From: an uncultured Planctomycetaceae bacterium
Lineage (GTDB): Bacteria > Planctomycetota > Planctomycetia > Pirellulales > PALSA-1355
Length of the DNA stretch: 64,000 nt
Direction of reading: 5' to 3'
Assembly: GCA_963785305.1 (NCBI GenBank)
Contig: CAWAUV010000007.1
Location: 1,248,001 to 1,312,000 of the forward strand
Position 1 is the first letter of the stretch. The number at the start of each line of letters is the position of its first letter. A program made the position numbers and the translations under genes. The notes under the pieces were generated by a model. That model saw only the letters and a program-made list of their open reading frames with translations. It was not told where the DNA came from and ran no database searches. Shown here in pieces: positions 24,198 to 35,858 of this stretch.

Positions 24198-25013
24198 GTG
24201 GAATCCATCACCGAACGAAATCCTCGGATCGATCCGCGACTCGAATCGTACAACACGTTCTTCGACCACGTGTGGGCAAAAGATATTTACGACCTCGTTC
24301 GAGGCACGGCGATCGACGAGCCGGTATTCGATTTGACGCTAAGCTGGCGGGCAATAGCGAATGCGCATCGGATGCCGTTCACGACGATGAAAATGCTTCA
24401 GTCATTAGCGTCGGGAGCATTATTCGGGCAACCCTCGGCAAAGCTCCTCGGGTTGATACGTCAACGGCTTTTGCGGGAATTGCCTGACATGAGGGATCGA
24501 CTCAATTTAGCGATATTGAAGATCGGCAACGATATCGGCGACATCAACGCGAGCAGCAAGAATGACTTTGATGACGCCCGTCTATGGGACCGTCTCATCG
24601 AATCGAAGGAGGGCAACGAATTTCAACTGGCAATCTGGGGCACTCAACGACTTTGCTATCCAGCCTTGTACCATGCTTACGAGAACTTTCTTCGAGACGT
24701 GATGAGCGTGCGAACAGCCGATCCGAACTACAGGATTCTCCGTTATGAAAAGTTTCTCAAGGATGCGGTGGCAAATCTCGGACAGGCAATCGTCGACGAA
24801 TGTTTGACTGATCCAGCGGTGACGCTGGCACGGCTCGTACGCAACGCATTTGCTCATAAGGGTGGCAGATTGACGAAGGAACTTCGTGAACTGAAAACCT
24901 TTCCTTTTCAGATCGAAGACGACACGATCCAGATTACGGCTCCCGACACAACCAGCCTATTCAACTTGCTGAAGGTGCGAGTTCGGAAGCTCGCCGAGGT
25001 CGCAATTGCGTAG
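24198..25013 (+). CDS. Hypothetical protein with HEPN-like RxxxxH motif
   Basis: GGAGG + GTG 24198; lower GC; ALYHAYENFLR and RNAFAHKGG. Confidence 0.6.
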   Translation: MESITERNPRIDPRLESYNTFFDHVWAKDIYDLVRGTAIDEPVFDLTLSWRAIANAHRMPFTTMKMLQSLASGALFGQPSAKLLGLIRQRLLRELPDMRDRLNLAILKIGNDIGDINASSKNDFDDARLWDRLIESKEGNEFQLAIWGTQRLCYPALYHAYENFLRDVMSVRTADPNYRILRYEKFLKDAVANLGQAIVDECLTDPAVTLARLVRNAFAHKGGRLTKELRELKTFPFQIEDDTIQITAPDTTSLFNLLKVRVRKLAEVAIA

Positions 25014-25257
25014 CTGCCGCTGGCCGCCATTCCGCGGCAGCGTCCAGAGCGAATAATAAGGCTCCGCATCAGGTCTCCGGCCCGTGGGGAATATTTTATC
25101 GTGGGCCGGTTCGAGGTATAACTGGGGCAGTTTGTTCAAGCCCCGATCCTGGTGGCGGCCTCCGCCGCGCGGCCTTCCGCGTGATCCCAATGCGATGTCG
25201 TCGCGCGGCTCGTCCCAGCACGGGCGTCGTCTTTTCCATGCGCCGAGAGATTTTTTT

Positions 25258-26596
25258 ATGGCTCGCCTTTTCTCGCGATCGGTTCGATCATCGGCCTCGG
25301 CGATCTTGTCGCGGGCGGCGATTCCGCTGTTCTCCGCTTTGCTCCTGGCGGGCTGCGCGAAAGTCGAGCCCGATGTTGCCCAAGACGATAGCTCGCAAGA
25401 TGAAATCGACGATCGGGCGACGCGTGGCGAGCGTGCCCGCGATGGCGGGGTCGTGAAGGTCTCCGTTGACGAACCTCTCGACGAACACGATCCCGAAAAC
25501 GCTCCTTATTACGAATTTGCCCGCCGACTGGAAAAAAACATCGTCGAGGGCGACTTGCAATCCGCCGGCGCCGCCTTCGATTTTCAGGCGTTGCTTGCCA
25601 AGAGCGAAGCCGGACTGAATCTGGATAAGGAATTCAAGCAAGGATTCAACGAGGGAGTGCTGTCCAAATTGACGGCTGGCGACGGATTGCTCGCCGCCAT
25701 CGCCAAGGGGAACTACCACCTGCTCAGGCTCATCTCCAAGGGCGCCCAACGCCGCGCGCTGTTTCGATTGATCACCGACGACGGAGTTAATTATCACGAG
25801 CTGATTTTGAACAAGGACCCGGCCGGGGCGATTCATGCAACGGACATCTATGTCCACGCGCAAGGCGAACTGCTTTCGAAAACGTTTCGGGGGATGCTGC
25901 TCCAAGGCGCCGGGAAACGCGCTTAAAGGTTTGTTTTCCTTTTTCAAGCAACCCAACGCGTTCGAGAAAGGTTTGCCTCTGCTCGGGGAGATGAGAAACG
26001 CCCTGGCGAATGGCCAAGAGCGGGAAGCGCTCGCCATTTATGATCGCATGCCCCCGGAAATGCAGCGCTCCACGGCCGTGATGGTGTTGCGAGCCATGGC
26101 CGCCGAGAAAGTCGGCGAGGCGGAATACCAGCAAGCCTATGAGGACTTCGTCAAATACCATCCGCGCAATTCGGCGATCGATTTGCTGGGAATCGACTTC
26201 CATGTGAATAAGAAACAATTCGCCGAAGCTCGGCGGTCGATCGATCGCATCGATGCGCGCGTCGCCGATCCGTACCTGGACTTCCTGCGCGGCAGCATCT
26301 TCATCATGGAAAAACAATGGGACGAGGCTTCCCAGCGCGTCGAGCGAGCGATCGAGCGTGAACCGACGCTTCTGCCGCCCTATTGGGTGCGCATGACGAT
26401 CGCGCTCGAGCGGCAAGACTTCGCAGCGGCGCGCTCGGGACTGCTCGCGATCGAATTCGAGCGGGGCGTTCCCGTGGGCGATTTAACGACCGCGCCGCTG
26501 TATGAGCCATTCGTCGCCTCGCCCGAGTTCGCGCGCTGGGAATCGGAACGCGCCACCCGCCGGGCCCAGGCAGAAGCTTCGCCCGCCGAGAAATAA
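25258..26596 (+). CDS. TPR-containing lipoprotein (frameshift near 25915)
   Basis: Lipobox LLAGC; TPR-like helices in 25835..26596. Confidence 0.72.
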
Positions 26597-27953
26597 ATGG
26601 TTCGCCGGAGCTGGGCTCGCTGGCCCAAAGGCGATTACTTCGCGCGGAGCGGTGGAATGCGGATATTTTTCCGTTTTCACGCGAGCTCGATCGGCAATGG
26701 GGTGACTATCGGTCCTCGGATCTCGCAGAATCCAGCGAATGAAGCCGCCAACCGTTAGTCCTTGAACAATGATCGAAAAGACGACCACGATGTACGTTGC
26801 GGCAAGGAGCGGTTCCCGCGCGTTGGACTGCGGGAGCGACAACGCCATGGCCACGGAAAGTCCGCCTCGCAATGCTCCCCAAGTGAGAATTCTCACGGCG
26901 CCGCGGTCGCACGATAACGGACGGCGCAGCGGCGCGATGATCATTCCGACACTGAGGCATCGCGCCAGCAGCGTGGCGGGCACGATACAAAGGCCGGCCA
27001 GGATATATCTGCCGTCAAACGGCATGACCAACAGTTCGAGCCCAAGGAGCAGGAATAGCAGCGCGTTGAGAATTCCGTCGATCAGTTCCCAAAACATATC
27101 GACGTGCTCTCGTGTCCTAACCGACATCGCGAATTTCCGGCCGCGGTTTCCAATAAACAAGCCCGCGACCACGGCCGTGATCGGCGCCGAAAAGTGAAGC
27201 GCGTTGGCCAACGCGTAGCCGCCCATCGCCAACGCCAGGGTGAGCAGGATTTCGACCTGGTATTCGTCGACCTTGCGAAGCATGCGATAGGTCAACAGCC
27301 CGGCGGCCAAACCCAGCAAGACTCCGCCACCTGTTTCTCGAACGAGCAGAAACAGCACATTGCCCAAGCCGGGCGTGGCCCCTCCCTGACTGGCTTCGAG
27401 CAACGTCAAGAAAATCACCACGCCTATGCCGTCGTTGAAAAGCGACTCGCCCGCAATTTGTATTTCAAGACGCTTGGGGGCCTTCACCTTCTGCATGATC
27501 GACAGCACCGCGATGGGATCGGTCGGCGAGATCAGGGCTCCGAAAAGCAGGCATGGCAGCCAACCCATCGGAATGCCGATCAGGTGGAAAATACCGAAGC
27601 CGCCAATCGCCACGAGAAATGTGGAAATGCACGTTCCGAGAACCGCCAGCAACCCGATTGTCCACTTCTCTTTGGCCAGATCGCCAAGGTCCAATTGGAG
27701 CGAGCCGGCAAAGAGCAGGAACGCGAGCATGCCGTGCAACACCGCGTCATTAAAATCGATTTGGTCCACGAGGCTCGCGGCCCAGACACGGATGCCTGTC
27801 GCCACCGAGCCGGCCGCAAGCAGCAAGATCGACGCGGCCAGGGCCGTTGCCATCACGCCGATCGTCGGAGGTAGCCGGAGATAGCGATAGTTCAAATAGC
27901 TGCAAAGTCGCCGCCAACACGACGAGCACGCTGACCAACGAGAAAAGGCTCAT
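26483..27953 (-). CDS. CPA1/NhaP Na+/H+ antiporter (N-terminal frameshift; true 3' end possibly near 26700)
   Basis: LFGALISPTDPIAV, GESLFNDG, LTWGALRGGLSVA. Confidence 0.9.
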
Positions 27954-28456
27954 GTTCGCTCCCTACAAACAAGAACAGCTTGAATGTCCGCGACGCGATC
28001 CGGTGGCTCCCCCCATCCCGGGGCCGCATGAGCGGCAATGCCACGGGCGGCTTGCCTCGATTAACGGCCAAGGATCGCGAGTGCTTCGACGGCATTCCAG
28101 ACGGCCCGGCCAAGCCGGACGACGTGCGCTAGCCCCTTGGGCGGCAGGATCGACCGCGTTGCGATCGTCGGCGACAACAGGCGCGAATTTCAGCGGGGTG
28201 AGATTCCACACGGCCAGGTAGTGCTCGTTCACGGCTGAAATGATGGATAATTCGGTTTGCGCGTGTGCCATGCCCACTGCCTTGAGTGGGCATGTTTTCA
28301 AGCGCCACGCGAAGTCCTCAAGCCCACGCAGGGCCCTGGGCCATGGCACACGGAACGAATCCAATCCATCATTGCAACTGTGACAAAGCGGTAGAAGCGT
28401 TGGGCATGGCGCCGGCGCGACACATGGGATTGGCCTTGCGCCCGTCATGGTAGAGC

Positions 28457-28539
28457 TTACAGCCCCTCCGAGAACCTCGGCGAGCGTTCGCACTACCCTC
28501 TCCCAAAGGGAGAGGGGGAGAGTTGTCGGATAGGCTCTT
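28457..28539. repeat. MITE/REP-like element, copy C (inverted relative to B)
   Basis: TTACAGCCCCTCCGAGAACCTCGGCGAGC..CCCTCTCCCAAAGGGAGAGGG..TCGGATAGGCTCT. Confidence 0.65.
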
Positions 28540-28571
28540 GGGGCGAGGCTTCAGGGAGTTCACGGTACGCT

Positions 28572-29599
28572 TTAAAAATCGCCGCCTCCGCCATCGCCTC
28601 CCCCATCGCCTCCCCCATCGAACCCCCCTCCCCCGCCGGAATCACTTCCAAAATCGCCGCCTCCGCCCGTCGAGTCATAGGAGTCCGCGCTGTAATCGCT
28701 CGCGTCGGAACTTGGGTTCGAGCCGGAGCCCAAGAAACCGCCATCGGAACGCGAATGATCGAATTCCTGGCCGTGGGCAGTCGAGCGGAAAAAATTGTCA
28801 TACATCCAGTTCCCAGCGACCGCGCCAAATACCCCACCCAGAATATTTCCCATGAAACCGCCGCCACCGCCGCCCACGGGTGCGCCCGCGCCGTAGCCAG
28901 CAGCCGGGCCGACGCCGCCGCCATAGGCACGCGCCGGACCGCCCATCAGACGGCGAATGAGAAGAAAACCCACGAACAGGGCAATCACCAACACAATCGG
29001 CCAAAACCATCCACCGCCGGCCGGCTGCTCGAGGGGAATCGTTCGACCGGAAACGCCATGGGCGCCGCATGGCTCCGCGCCGCCTCCGAAGTTTTTCCGT
29101 GGAGCGTCGGTAAATCCTGTCCTAGTTGAACCAAAGCCTCGAAGAGCGATTCGTCGTATTTCTGGGCATGAAATCCGGCGATCAATGTCGAGGCGATTTT
29201 GTCGCGCATCGCCGTGGTGAAGCCCGCCGTTTCGAGCTGTTTGTGGGGCAGAACTTGCAAATACTTCGGATCGCGCGAGGCAAAGATCAGCAGATCGAGC
29301 TTTTCGGCCGCCGCTCGCTTGGCCAAGAAATGTCCGAAGAACTTGGCCCGGTCGCCGGCGCTCATTTGCCGCACGGTCTCGGACTGACCATCGGGCAGCG
29401 TCGAGATTGTTTCGACCCTGACGCGGCAGCCATGCAGACGATCGAGCTCCTCGATCTTCTCGCTGGCGACGCGGACCGTGTCGGCCGAGAAAAACTTGCC
29501 ATCATCCACCACATCGGCCGCCAATGTCGTGGCGGCCGAGAGCGCCGCCAATCCAGCGCAGCAACAGATCCACGAACCGATGGTCTTCATGGCGCCCAT
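28572..29599 (-). CDS. TPM-domain membrane protein with Gly-rich tail (frameshift near 29000)
   Basis: Signal, VVDDGKFFS TPM start, TM helix, GGDF-type tail. Confidence 0.78.
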
Positions 29600-30114
29600 C
29601 TATCTACTCCTAAAGAATTTCGTTGGATACGGTCGCGGCGACCGCCCGGAAGAATGAATCGGATCGCCTCGGCGGTCGCCGGACGATCGTCGCGCCGTGG
29701 TAGTCCACGGCGGCGACGTCAACCGTCGCGATTGCATTATACCCGTTTCACCCGGCGCGGTTTGCCCGAAAGCCCGGTCCTGGCATCGCTATTCGCGAAG
29801 CGCGGGCGGGCATGTCGCGGACAGAGGGCCAGCCATTCGACGACCGCCAGTGCGGGGGCGGCGGACCGCAAGCGATGCCCCAGCGGCCGGCCCTTCGTCG
29901 CTGAAGCCAGCCCGAATCCGGTTTCGCGCGTATCGGATCCGTGGAACGTCTCCCCACAAAAACAGATAGCCCTTGCGACGTTGCCGCCGAAGGGCTTTCT
30001 GTCTCGATTGGAGAGGGTGAGGAGCCTATCGGCGCCGAGCTTTTTAGCGTGGCAATCCGCGGCAACTAATCGATCTCGGCGGCCAGACGCTCCGCGTGGC
30101 GAATCCGCCATTCG

Positions 30115-30639
30115 TTACTTGGTGAAGTTCGAAGTCGGCGGCGACGCGATCAAGGGCGCCACTTCGGGCGAATCGGCCACGGGGGCATGATCCAAGTACT
30201 TTTTCAGCGGAACGGAAATATACGCTCCGCCCGACGGTTGCCGCTTGCCGTCGACCATCTGGGTGAGAATCCGAAATGTGGCGCGGTCGGCAAACTGCTT
30301 GGGTATCTGGACTTGCCCGACGAGTTTGCCGTCGTCGGCCGGTTTCAACTTGAAAAACTCCCTCACGTCATAGGAGTGACCGCCCATGCTATCGGTCTGC
30401 TTGCTGAGCGAGATGAGCTCGACCGAATAGAGCGGCTTCAAGCGTCCTTCATCGGCGACCGTGAACACGACATTCAGCTTGTCGCCGCCGGCGTCGCTCA
30501 CTTGCACATCGTACTTGAGCCCCCAGTCGTCTTTCGACGCGGCCAGCCTGTAGTAGATCGCCCAGACCGGGCCAGCCATCAATGCCATCGCGGCGACCGC
30601 CAACACGACCATCGCCAAGCGTGAAAATCGAATACTCAT
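30115..30639 (-). CDS. Secreted hypothetical protein
   Basis: Signal peptide (..PVWA), coding-like composition. Confidence 0.7.
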   Translation of the reverse strand: MSIRFSRLAMVVLAVAAMALMAGPVWAIYYRLAASKDDWGLKYDVQVSDAGGDKLNVVFTVADEGRLKPLYSVELISLSKQTDSMGGHSYDVREFFKLKPADDGKLVGQVQIPKQFADRATFRILTQMVDGKRQPSGGAYISVPLKKYLDHAPVADSPEVAPLIASPPTSNFTK

Positions 30640-31213
30640 GGCACGTTCACTTTCGAGGTAGGGAGTATGGGAAGCGCGGTAGCGGGCCCGAGCGATCGGC
30701 CCCTCGGCTCGCGCGCATTTGGCGGGCTATTCAAGCGACCCGGATCAATTCGGGCAAGATCAATCAGGCGCGAATTTTCTCGGCTTATCGGCGTTTCGAG
30801 GCCGCGCTCGGTATCGCTCGCGCCGCGATCGGCGCGGGTCTCCGCGGGCGCAAGATCGCGGGCCTGCCCAGAAAATCGTGGGCCGGGTCGAGCCGGCGCC
30901 TTTGCGATCCGTCTTCCAGTCGCCGCGCGCCGCCCCGTTATCGCGAGGCGAGCTGCAATCGGAGCAAGATCACATCGCCATTGCCATAGCCGCCTCGGAA
31001 CTCGGCTTGATGGGCCATGCGCGCGGGAAACCGCTCGCAGTCGAAGTAGGTGGAAAAGACGAGGTCGTAATGCGCGGCGCCCGCCGCCGGACCATTTTCT
31101 TGGCCCGCGGCCGACCGGCGAGAATGCCGACCGCCGCGGCCACTAAAAAGAGACTGTTCGGATGCCGGCGCGCATGGATCAAGTTTCATCGGGGACTAAA
31201 GCCACGATCGTTT

Positions 31214-31831
31214 TCAGACGACAGCCGGTCGGTCCAAGTCCGAATAGGGATAATAACCCGCCTGTTTCAATTTCGCGATCAGTTCGCCGCCGCCAAATTC
31301 GCGGGCGTAGTCCATTTCCGACCGAGTAATTTCGATGATCGCCAGCAAACCAAACTCCGCATGGTCGGCGTCGGTCCCGTAAGCGTCGAAGATGAGGCAT
31401 TTGCCGCCGACGGTTTCCATGTCCGCCGGAAATTCGCAGGTTTCCAGCGGGTTCAATGTCGCCTGCTCGCTATACCGCGCGATGCAATACAGAATGGCGT
31501 TGATCGAATGATGCGCGCGTCCAAAAGGCGTTGAGCCGTCCTTCGCATCATCGAGGGAGAGCGCGTGCCGCGTGAACATCACCAGTTCATAGAGGTCGAA
31601 CACATCATTGGAGGACCCTTGGCCGGGAATCTCGCAAAGCTCCTTGGTGGCGATCGCCGTGCCCTCGACGCCCTGGGGGAAGTAATATAAGTCGAGCCCC
31701 CCGCCGATGGCATAAGGAATGATCGAGTGCATCACGACGCCGTGCTCTTCGCCCAGAATCTCGACCATCGCGGCTGTTTTCGTTGCATACCACTCGCGGG
31801 CAAGTTCTAGTTCGGCGTCGTCTTCGGTCAT
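31214..31831 (-). CDS. Suppressor-of-fused (SUFU) domain protein
   Basis: VMHSIIPY..GLDLYYF, ATKEL, YELVMFT, IEITRSEMDYAREFG..YPYSDLDR. Confidence 0.72.
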   Translation of the reverse strand: MTEDDAELELAREWYATKTAAMVEILGEEHGVVMHSIIPYAIGGGLDLYYFPQGVEGTAIATKELCEIPGQGSSNDVFDLYELVMFTRHALSLDDAKDGSTPFGRAHHSINAILYCIARYSEQATLNPLETCEFPADMETVGGKCLIFDAYGTDADHAEFGLLAIIEITRSEMDYAREFGGGELIAKLKQAGYYPYSDLDRPAVV

Positions 31832-31889
31832 GATCGATAGCCTCGTTTAGGCGCGTCGCGGCAGCCAATTGTTTCACGGCGATCGTCGA

Positions 31890-32374
31890 TTAACCGCGTT
31901 TCGCGGCTTCGATCGTGGCGATGTCGATCTTCTTCATCCGCATCATCGCGTCGAATGCCCGCTTGGCCGCCGCGGGATCGGGATCGGCGATTGCTTGCAT
32001 GAGGGCGGTCGGCGTAATCTGCCAGGACAATCCCCATCGGTCCTTGCACCAGCCGCACGCGCTCTCCTGACCGCCGTTGCCGACGATCGCGTTCCAGTAA
32101 CGATCCGTTTCGGCCTGATCGGCCGTGGCGACCTGAAACGAAAACGCTTCGCTGTGTTTCATCGCCGGCCCGCCATTGAGGCCGAGGCATGGAATCCGCA
32201 AGACGGTGAATTCGACGGTCAACACGTCGCCTTTCTTTCCCGAGGGAAAGTCTCCGGCGCGCGAACGATGGCGCCGACGGACGAATCGGGAAACGTCTCG
32301 GCATAAAACCTCGCGGCCTCTTCGGCGCCGCCGTCGTACCAAAGACAGATCGTGTTCTTGGCATGATTCGCCAT
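31890..32374 (-). CDS. PhnB-like VOC / 3-demethylubiquinone-9 3-methyltransferase-domain protein (frameshift near 32260)
   Basis: KNTICLWYDGGAEEAARFY; LNGGP, SEAFSFQV, CGWCKDRWGLSWQITP. Confidence 0.9.
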
Positions 32375-32465
32375 TGTTGTTGCTCCAAGTGGATATTCGG
32401 CGAGTTGACGAAGATTGCAGTGGCGCCCCGGCGGGAAAAAGGTGATGACCGTCGCGCAGCTTAGT

Positions 32466-34374
32466 CCTTAAACCAGTATCCCTTTGAGGGCGTGGGCGGG
32501 GAGATTTTTGGAAAAAAGCGAAATCCCTCGGCGGATTTGCGGTATTCTGTGTTTTTTGCCAGTCACGAACACCACGGCCACCGAGGGATTTCGAGTGAAA
32601 GCCAAGAACCAAAGAGCGCGGGCCAAGCGTCAGAGGGCGCAGGCCAAGGGCCGAAGAACACGGGCCAAGATACGCCGACGTCTCGCCGCATGCAAGCGGC
32701 GGGTCGAGCGGCGCATCGACAAGCACAACTGCGAGGGTTGCGAGCGCCCGATCATGCGGCCCGGCAATATCAAGTATGAGCTTGCGGAGCGCGCAAGGCA
32801 TGGCTTATGGCGGCTTGGGCGCGATGCGGTTGCTGGTCCAAGAACTGGGGCTGGCCGAAGCGATCGATCGGCGATTGCATCTGCTCAAGGTGCATCTGCC
32901 ATATCATGAGAGCGATCATGTGCTCAACCTAGCGTTCAACGCCTTGTGCGACGGCGATTGCCTGGAAGACCTCGAACTGCGCCGCAACGACGAAGTCTAT
33001 CTCGACGCGCTCGGCGCCCGGCGCGTGCCCGACCCGACGACGGCGGGCGACTTCTGCCGCCGTTTCACGCCGAGCGACGTGCGGCGCTGCAAGAAGCTTT
33101 CCACGAAACACGACATAAAGCTTGGGCCCGCCAGCCCGCCGAGTTCTTCGCCCAAGCCCGCATCGACATGGACGGCGTGTTCGCGCCCACCGGCGGCCAG
33201 TGCAAGGAGGGCATGGACATCTCCCACAAGGGCGAGTGGGGCTATCATCCGCTGGTCGTGTCGCTGGCCAACACGGGCGAAGTGTTCTCGATCGTCAACC
33301 GCTCGGGCAACCGGCCCAGCCACGAAGGGGCGGCGGCCGAAGTCGATCGCGCGCTGGAAGTCTGCTTCGCCGGCGGCTTTCGCAAGGTGTTGCTCCGCGG
33401 CGACACCGACTTCTCGCAGACGACGCATCTGGACCGCTGGACGGACGACCCGCGCGTGCGATTCGTGTTCGGCATGGACGCCAAGCTGAAATTGCAGCTT
33501 TTGGCCGACGACTTGAAGGACAAGGCCTGGCAACCGCTCGAGCGCGCCGCGTTACGCCGTGAAGACCAAACGCCGCGCACGGCCGACCAACGTTAAAGAA
33601 GGCATCGTGCGCGAGCGGGGATTCAAGAACCTGCGGCTGGTGGGCGAAGAGGTCGCCGAGTTCGATTATCGACCCACGGCGTGCAAGAAGGTGTACCGCC
33701 TGGTGGTGGTGCGCAAGTGGATCGACGAGCACCAAGGTCAGCGGACGCTGTTTTCCAGCTATCGCTACTTCTTCTACTTGACGAACGATCGCGAGCTCAC
33801 GCCGGCCGAAGTGGTGTTCGAGGCGAACGACCGCTGCGATCAAGAGAACCTGAACGCGCAGCTTAAAGGCGCGGTGCGCGCCTTGCACGCGCCGGTCGAC
33901 AACTTGGTGAGCAACTGGGCCTACATGGTGATGGTCTCGCTGGCCTGGAACCTGAAGGCGTGGTGGGCCTTGCTCTTGCCCGAGCCGCCGGGCCGCGAAC
34001 AAGAAGCGCGGCGCGAGGAAAAGAAGACGGTGCTCAAGATGGAGTTCAAGACATTCCGCAACGCTTTCATTCGGATGCCATGTCAAATCGTGCGTGGCGG
34101 GCGAAGATTGATCTATCGTTTGTTGGGTTGGAATCGCTGGCAAGTCGTGTTGTTTCGCTGGCTGGACGGCCTGCGATGTTGACGCCGATCAATTGAAGCC
34201 GGAGTCCGGACGCTCCGGTCCGCCGCCACGCCGAACCAGGAAAGCCAACCGCCAATGCCAAACAAAAACCCGCCGCCGAGAGTAGCGCGCCCGCCGGCGC
34301 CGCCCGCTCACGCCGCGCGCACCGCCGGCCACGCGAAACCGCCGCAAAACGCAACCGCGTACGCTTGTTTAAGG
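32466..34374 (+). mobile_element. IS1380-family element, copy 1
   Basis: Ends CCTTAAACCAGTA / TACGCTTGTTTAAGG, flanked by 6-bp direct repeat CTTAGT. Confidence 0.9.
32595..34182 (+). CDS. IS1380 transposase (several frameshifts)
   Basis: [49 protein letters not shown]. Confidence 0.88.
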
Positions 34375-34477
34375 CTTAGTGGCTCCGCCAGCGTCCCATC
34401 TCTGAATGGCTAGTCGACAGAAGTGGGGTCATTCGAGATCGCCGCGCCGTTCGATTTTGCATTTGCGTTGGGGTCAC

Positions 34478-35101
34478 TCAGGCGTAAAGAGCCAAACGGC
34501 TCCATTTGACCGTCCACTTGTCGCCGTCTTTTTCCAAAAACATCGTGACCGTCGCGCCATGAGCCCAAGGCCCGATGTTCGCTCGGACGATCGCCTGTTT
34601 CCCGTCTTTTGAATAGCCAGGAAGCCAAGCCGATACCCAGCAGCGTGCATTAGGGTGCGCACGCTCGAACTCGACAATTCCGCCACCGGGCAGCTTTGCG
34701 ATCTCCACTCTTTCACCGAGTTTCAGGTCTGCAAATGACGCCAGCTTCGATTTATGCGTGCCCGGCTTCCCGTTGCGCGGCAGCAAGTCATCTTGAACGC
34801 TACGAGGAACCGTGTGGTCTTTGCCGATATCAACATTAACTTGCTCGGGCCGAATCATCGCTCCAGCATATTCTGGCGTGCGCTCATCCAGCACGACGTT
34901 CGCGCTTTCCAATGCGACATGCCGCATGTTGTAGTCGGCGTCAGTCAAGAGTCGCGAGAATACTACATCGAATACGAGTCGATCTCGTTCGTCGGGCGCA
35001 GTTGGCGATGCTGCCGGCGCCGGCGATATTTGTCCACACAAGGCGCAAAGCGTCAACAGCGAGAACTTGAGCCATCGACTGTTTTCTCTGTTTTGTTGCA
35101 T
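34478..35101 (-). CDS. Secreted hypothetical protein
   Basis: Signal peptide; LPGYSKDGKQAIV..LEKDGDKWTVK. Confidence 0.7.
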   Translation of the reverse strand: MQQNRENSRWLKFSLLTLCALCGQISPAPAASPTAPDERDRLVFDVVFSRLLTDADYNMRHVALESANVVLDERTPEYAGAMIRPEQVNVDIGKDHTVPRSVQDDLLPRNGKPGTHKSKLASFADLKLGERVEIAKLPGGGIVEFERAHPNARCWVSAWLPGYSKDGKQAIVRANIGPWAHGATVTMFLEKDGDKWTVKWSRLALYA

Positions 35102-35858
35102 GGCGTCTGGTTCTACCCGATTGGGGAGGGAGGGGGGCGAACAAACCGGGAAGTTATTTTTATTCTGAACGATTTCCAGACAGTCACTGATCCGCCCTGG
35201 TTGAGCGATTGTAGCTGATTTTCGGTGTCCGGCCACGGAACTGCGCTCGCGTTGAAGCCGCAGCCCGCCGTAAAGAGGCGAGGCATTGGCGCCGGCGGGG
35301 GCGCGAAGAGAGGAGGAAGGCCGCGGAGCAAGCGGCGGCCGAGGTTTGCGTCGAGGCGATTCGGTTCAATCGATAGAAATGCCGATCGCCCAGCATGGCC
35401 GAGCACTTGTCCCGCGTCCGGCAATTTCGTCACCGCCCCGCGATCGCCTGCGGATAATCTAACTCTTGCTTTCTGCCGAGTTTAGAAGAAATCGGGGCGA
35501 CAAGACGGCTATTGAACTTTTTGTGGCGGCGGTCCGAGGCTATGAAGCCTTCTTGCTTAGGCGGCTGATTGACGGAAAACTTGTAGCAGAGTAAGTTAGC
35601 GTCGGCGATACGCGATGATGTATCGCAGACTTGCGGTGGTTCGAGACACCTGTCGACTGGTCCGACGCCCAACGGTCCTTGATCTTGGCTTTGGAATATT
35701 TCGCGACGACGATGCAATGCATTTTTTGCACTGGGATCGCCGGGCGACCATTGAGTGCTCTTTTTCAGCGAGCCTGCGCCATAATTTCAAAGAATAGCAT
35801 GACCCAAGGTTCAGCTATTCCCTGGCCGTTTTCTGCGCAACTAGAGAGGGTGATAACT

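Noticed and set aside
27963..28493. 176-aa ORF upstream of the antiporter
   Set aside because: Starts inside a MITE copy and has no recognisable motif
30640..31210. Overlapping ORFs between the secreted protein and SUFU genes
   Set aside because: No RBS or motif support in any frame; possibly a degraded remnant
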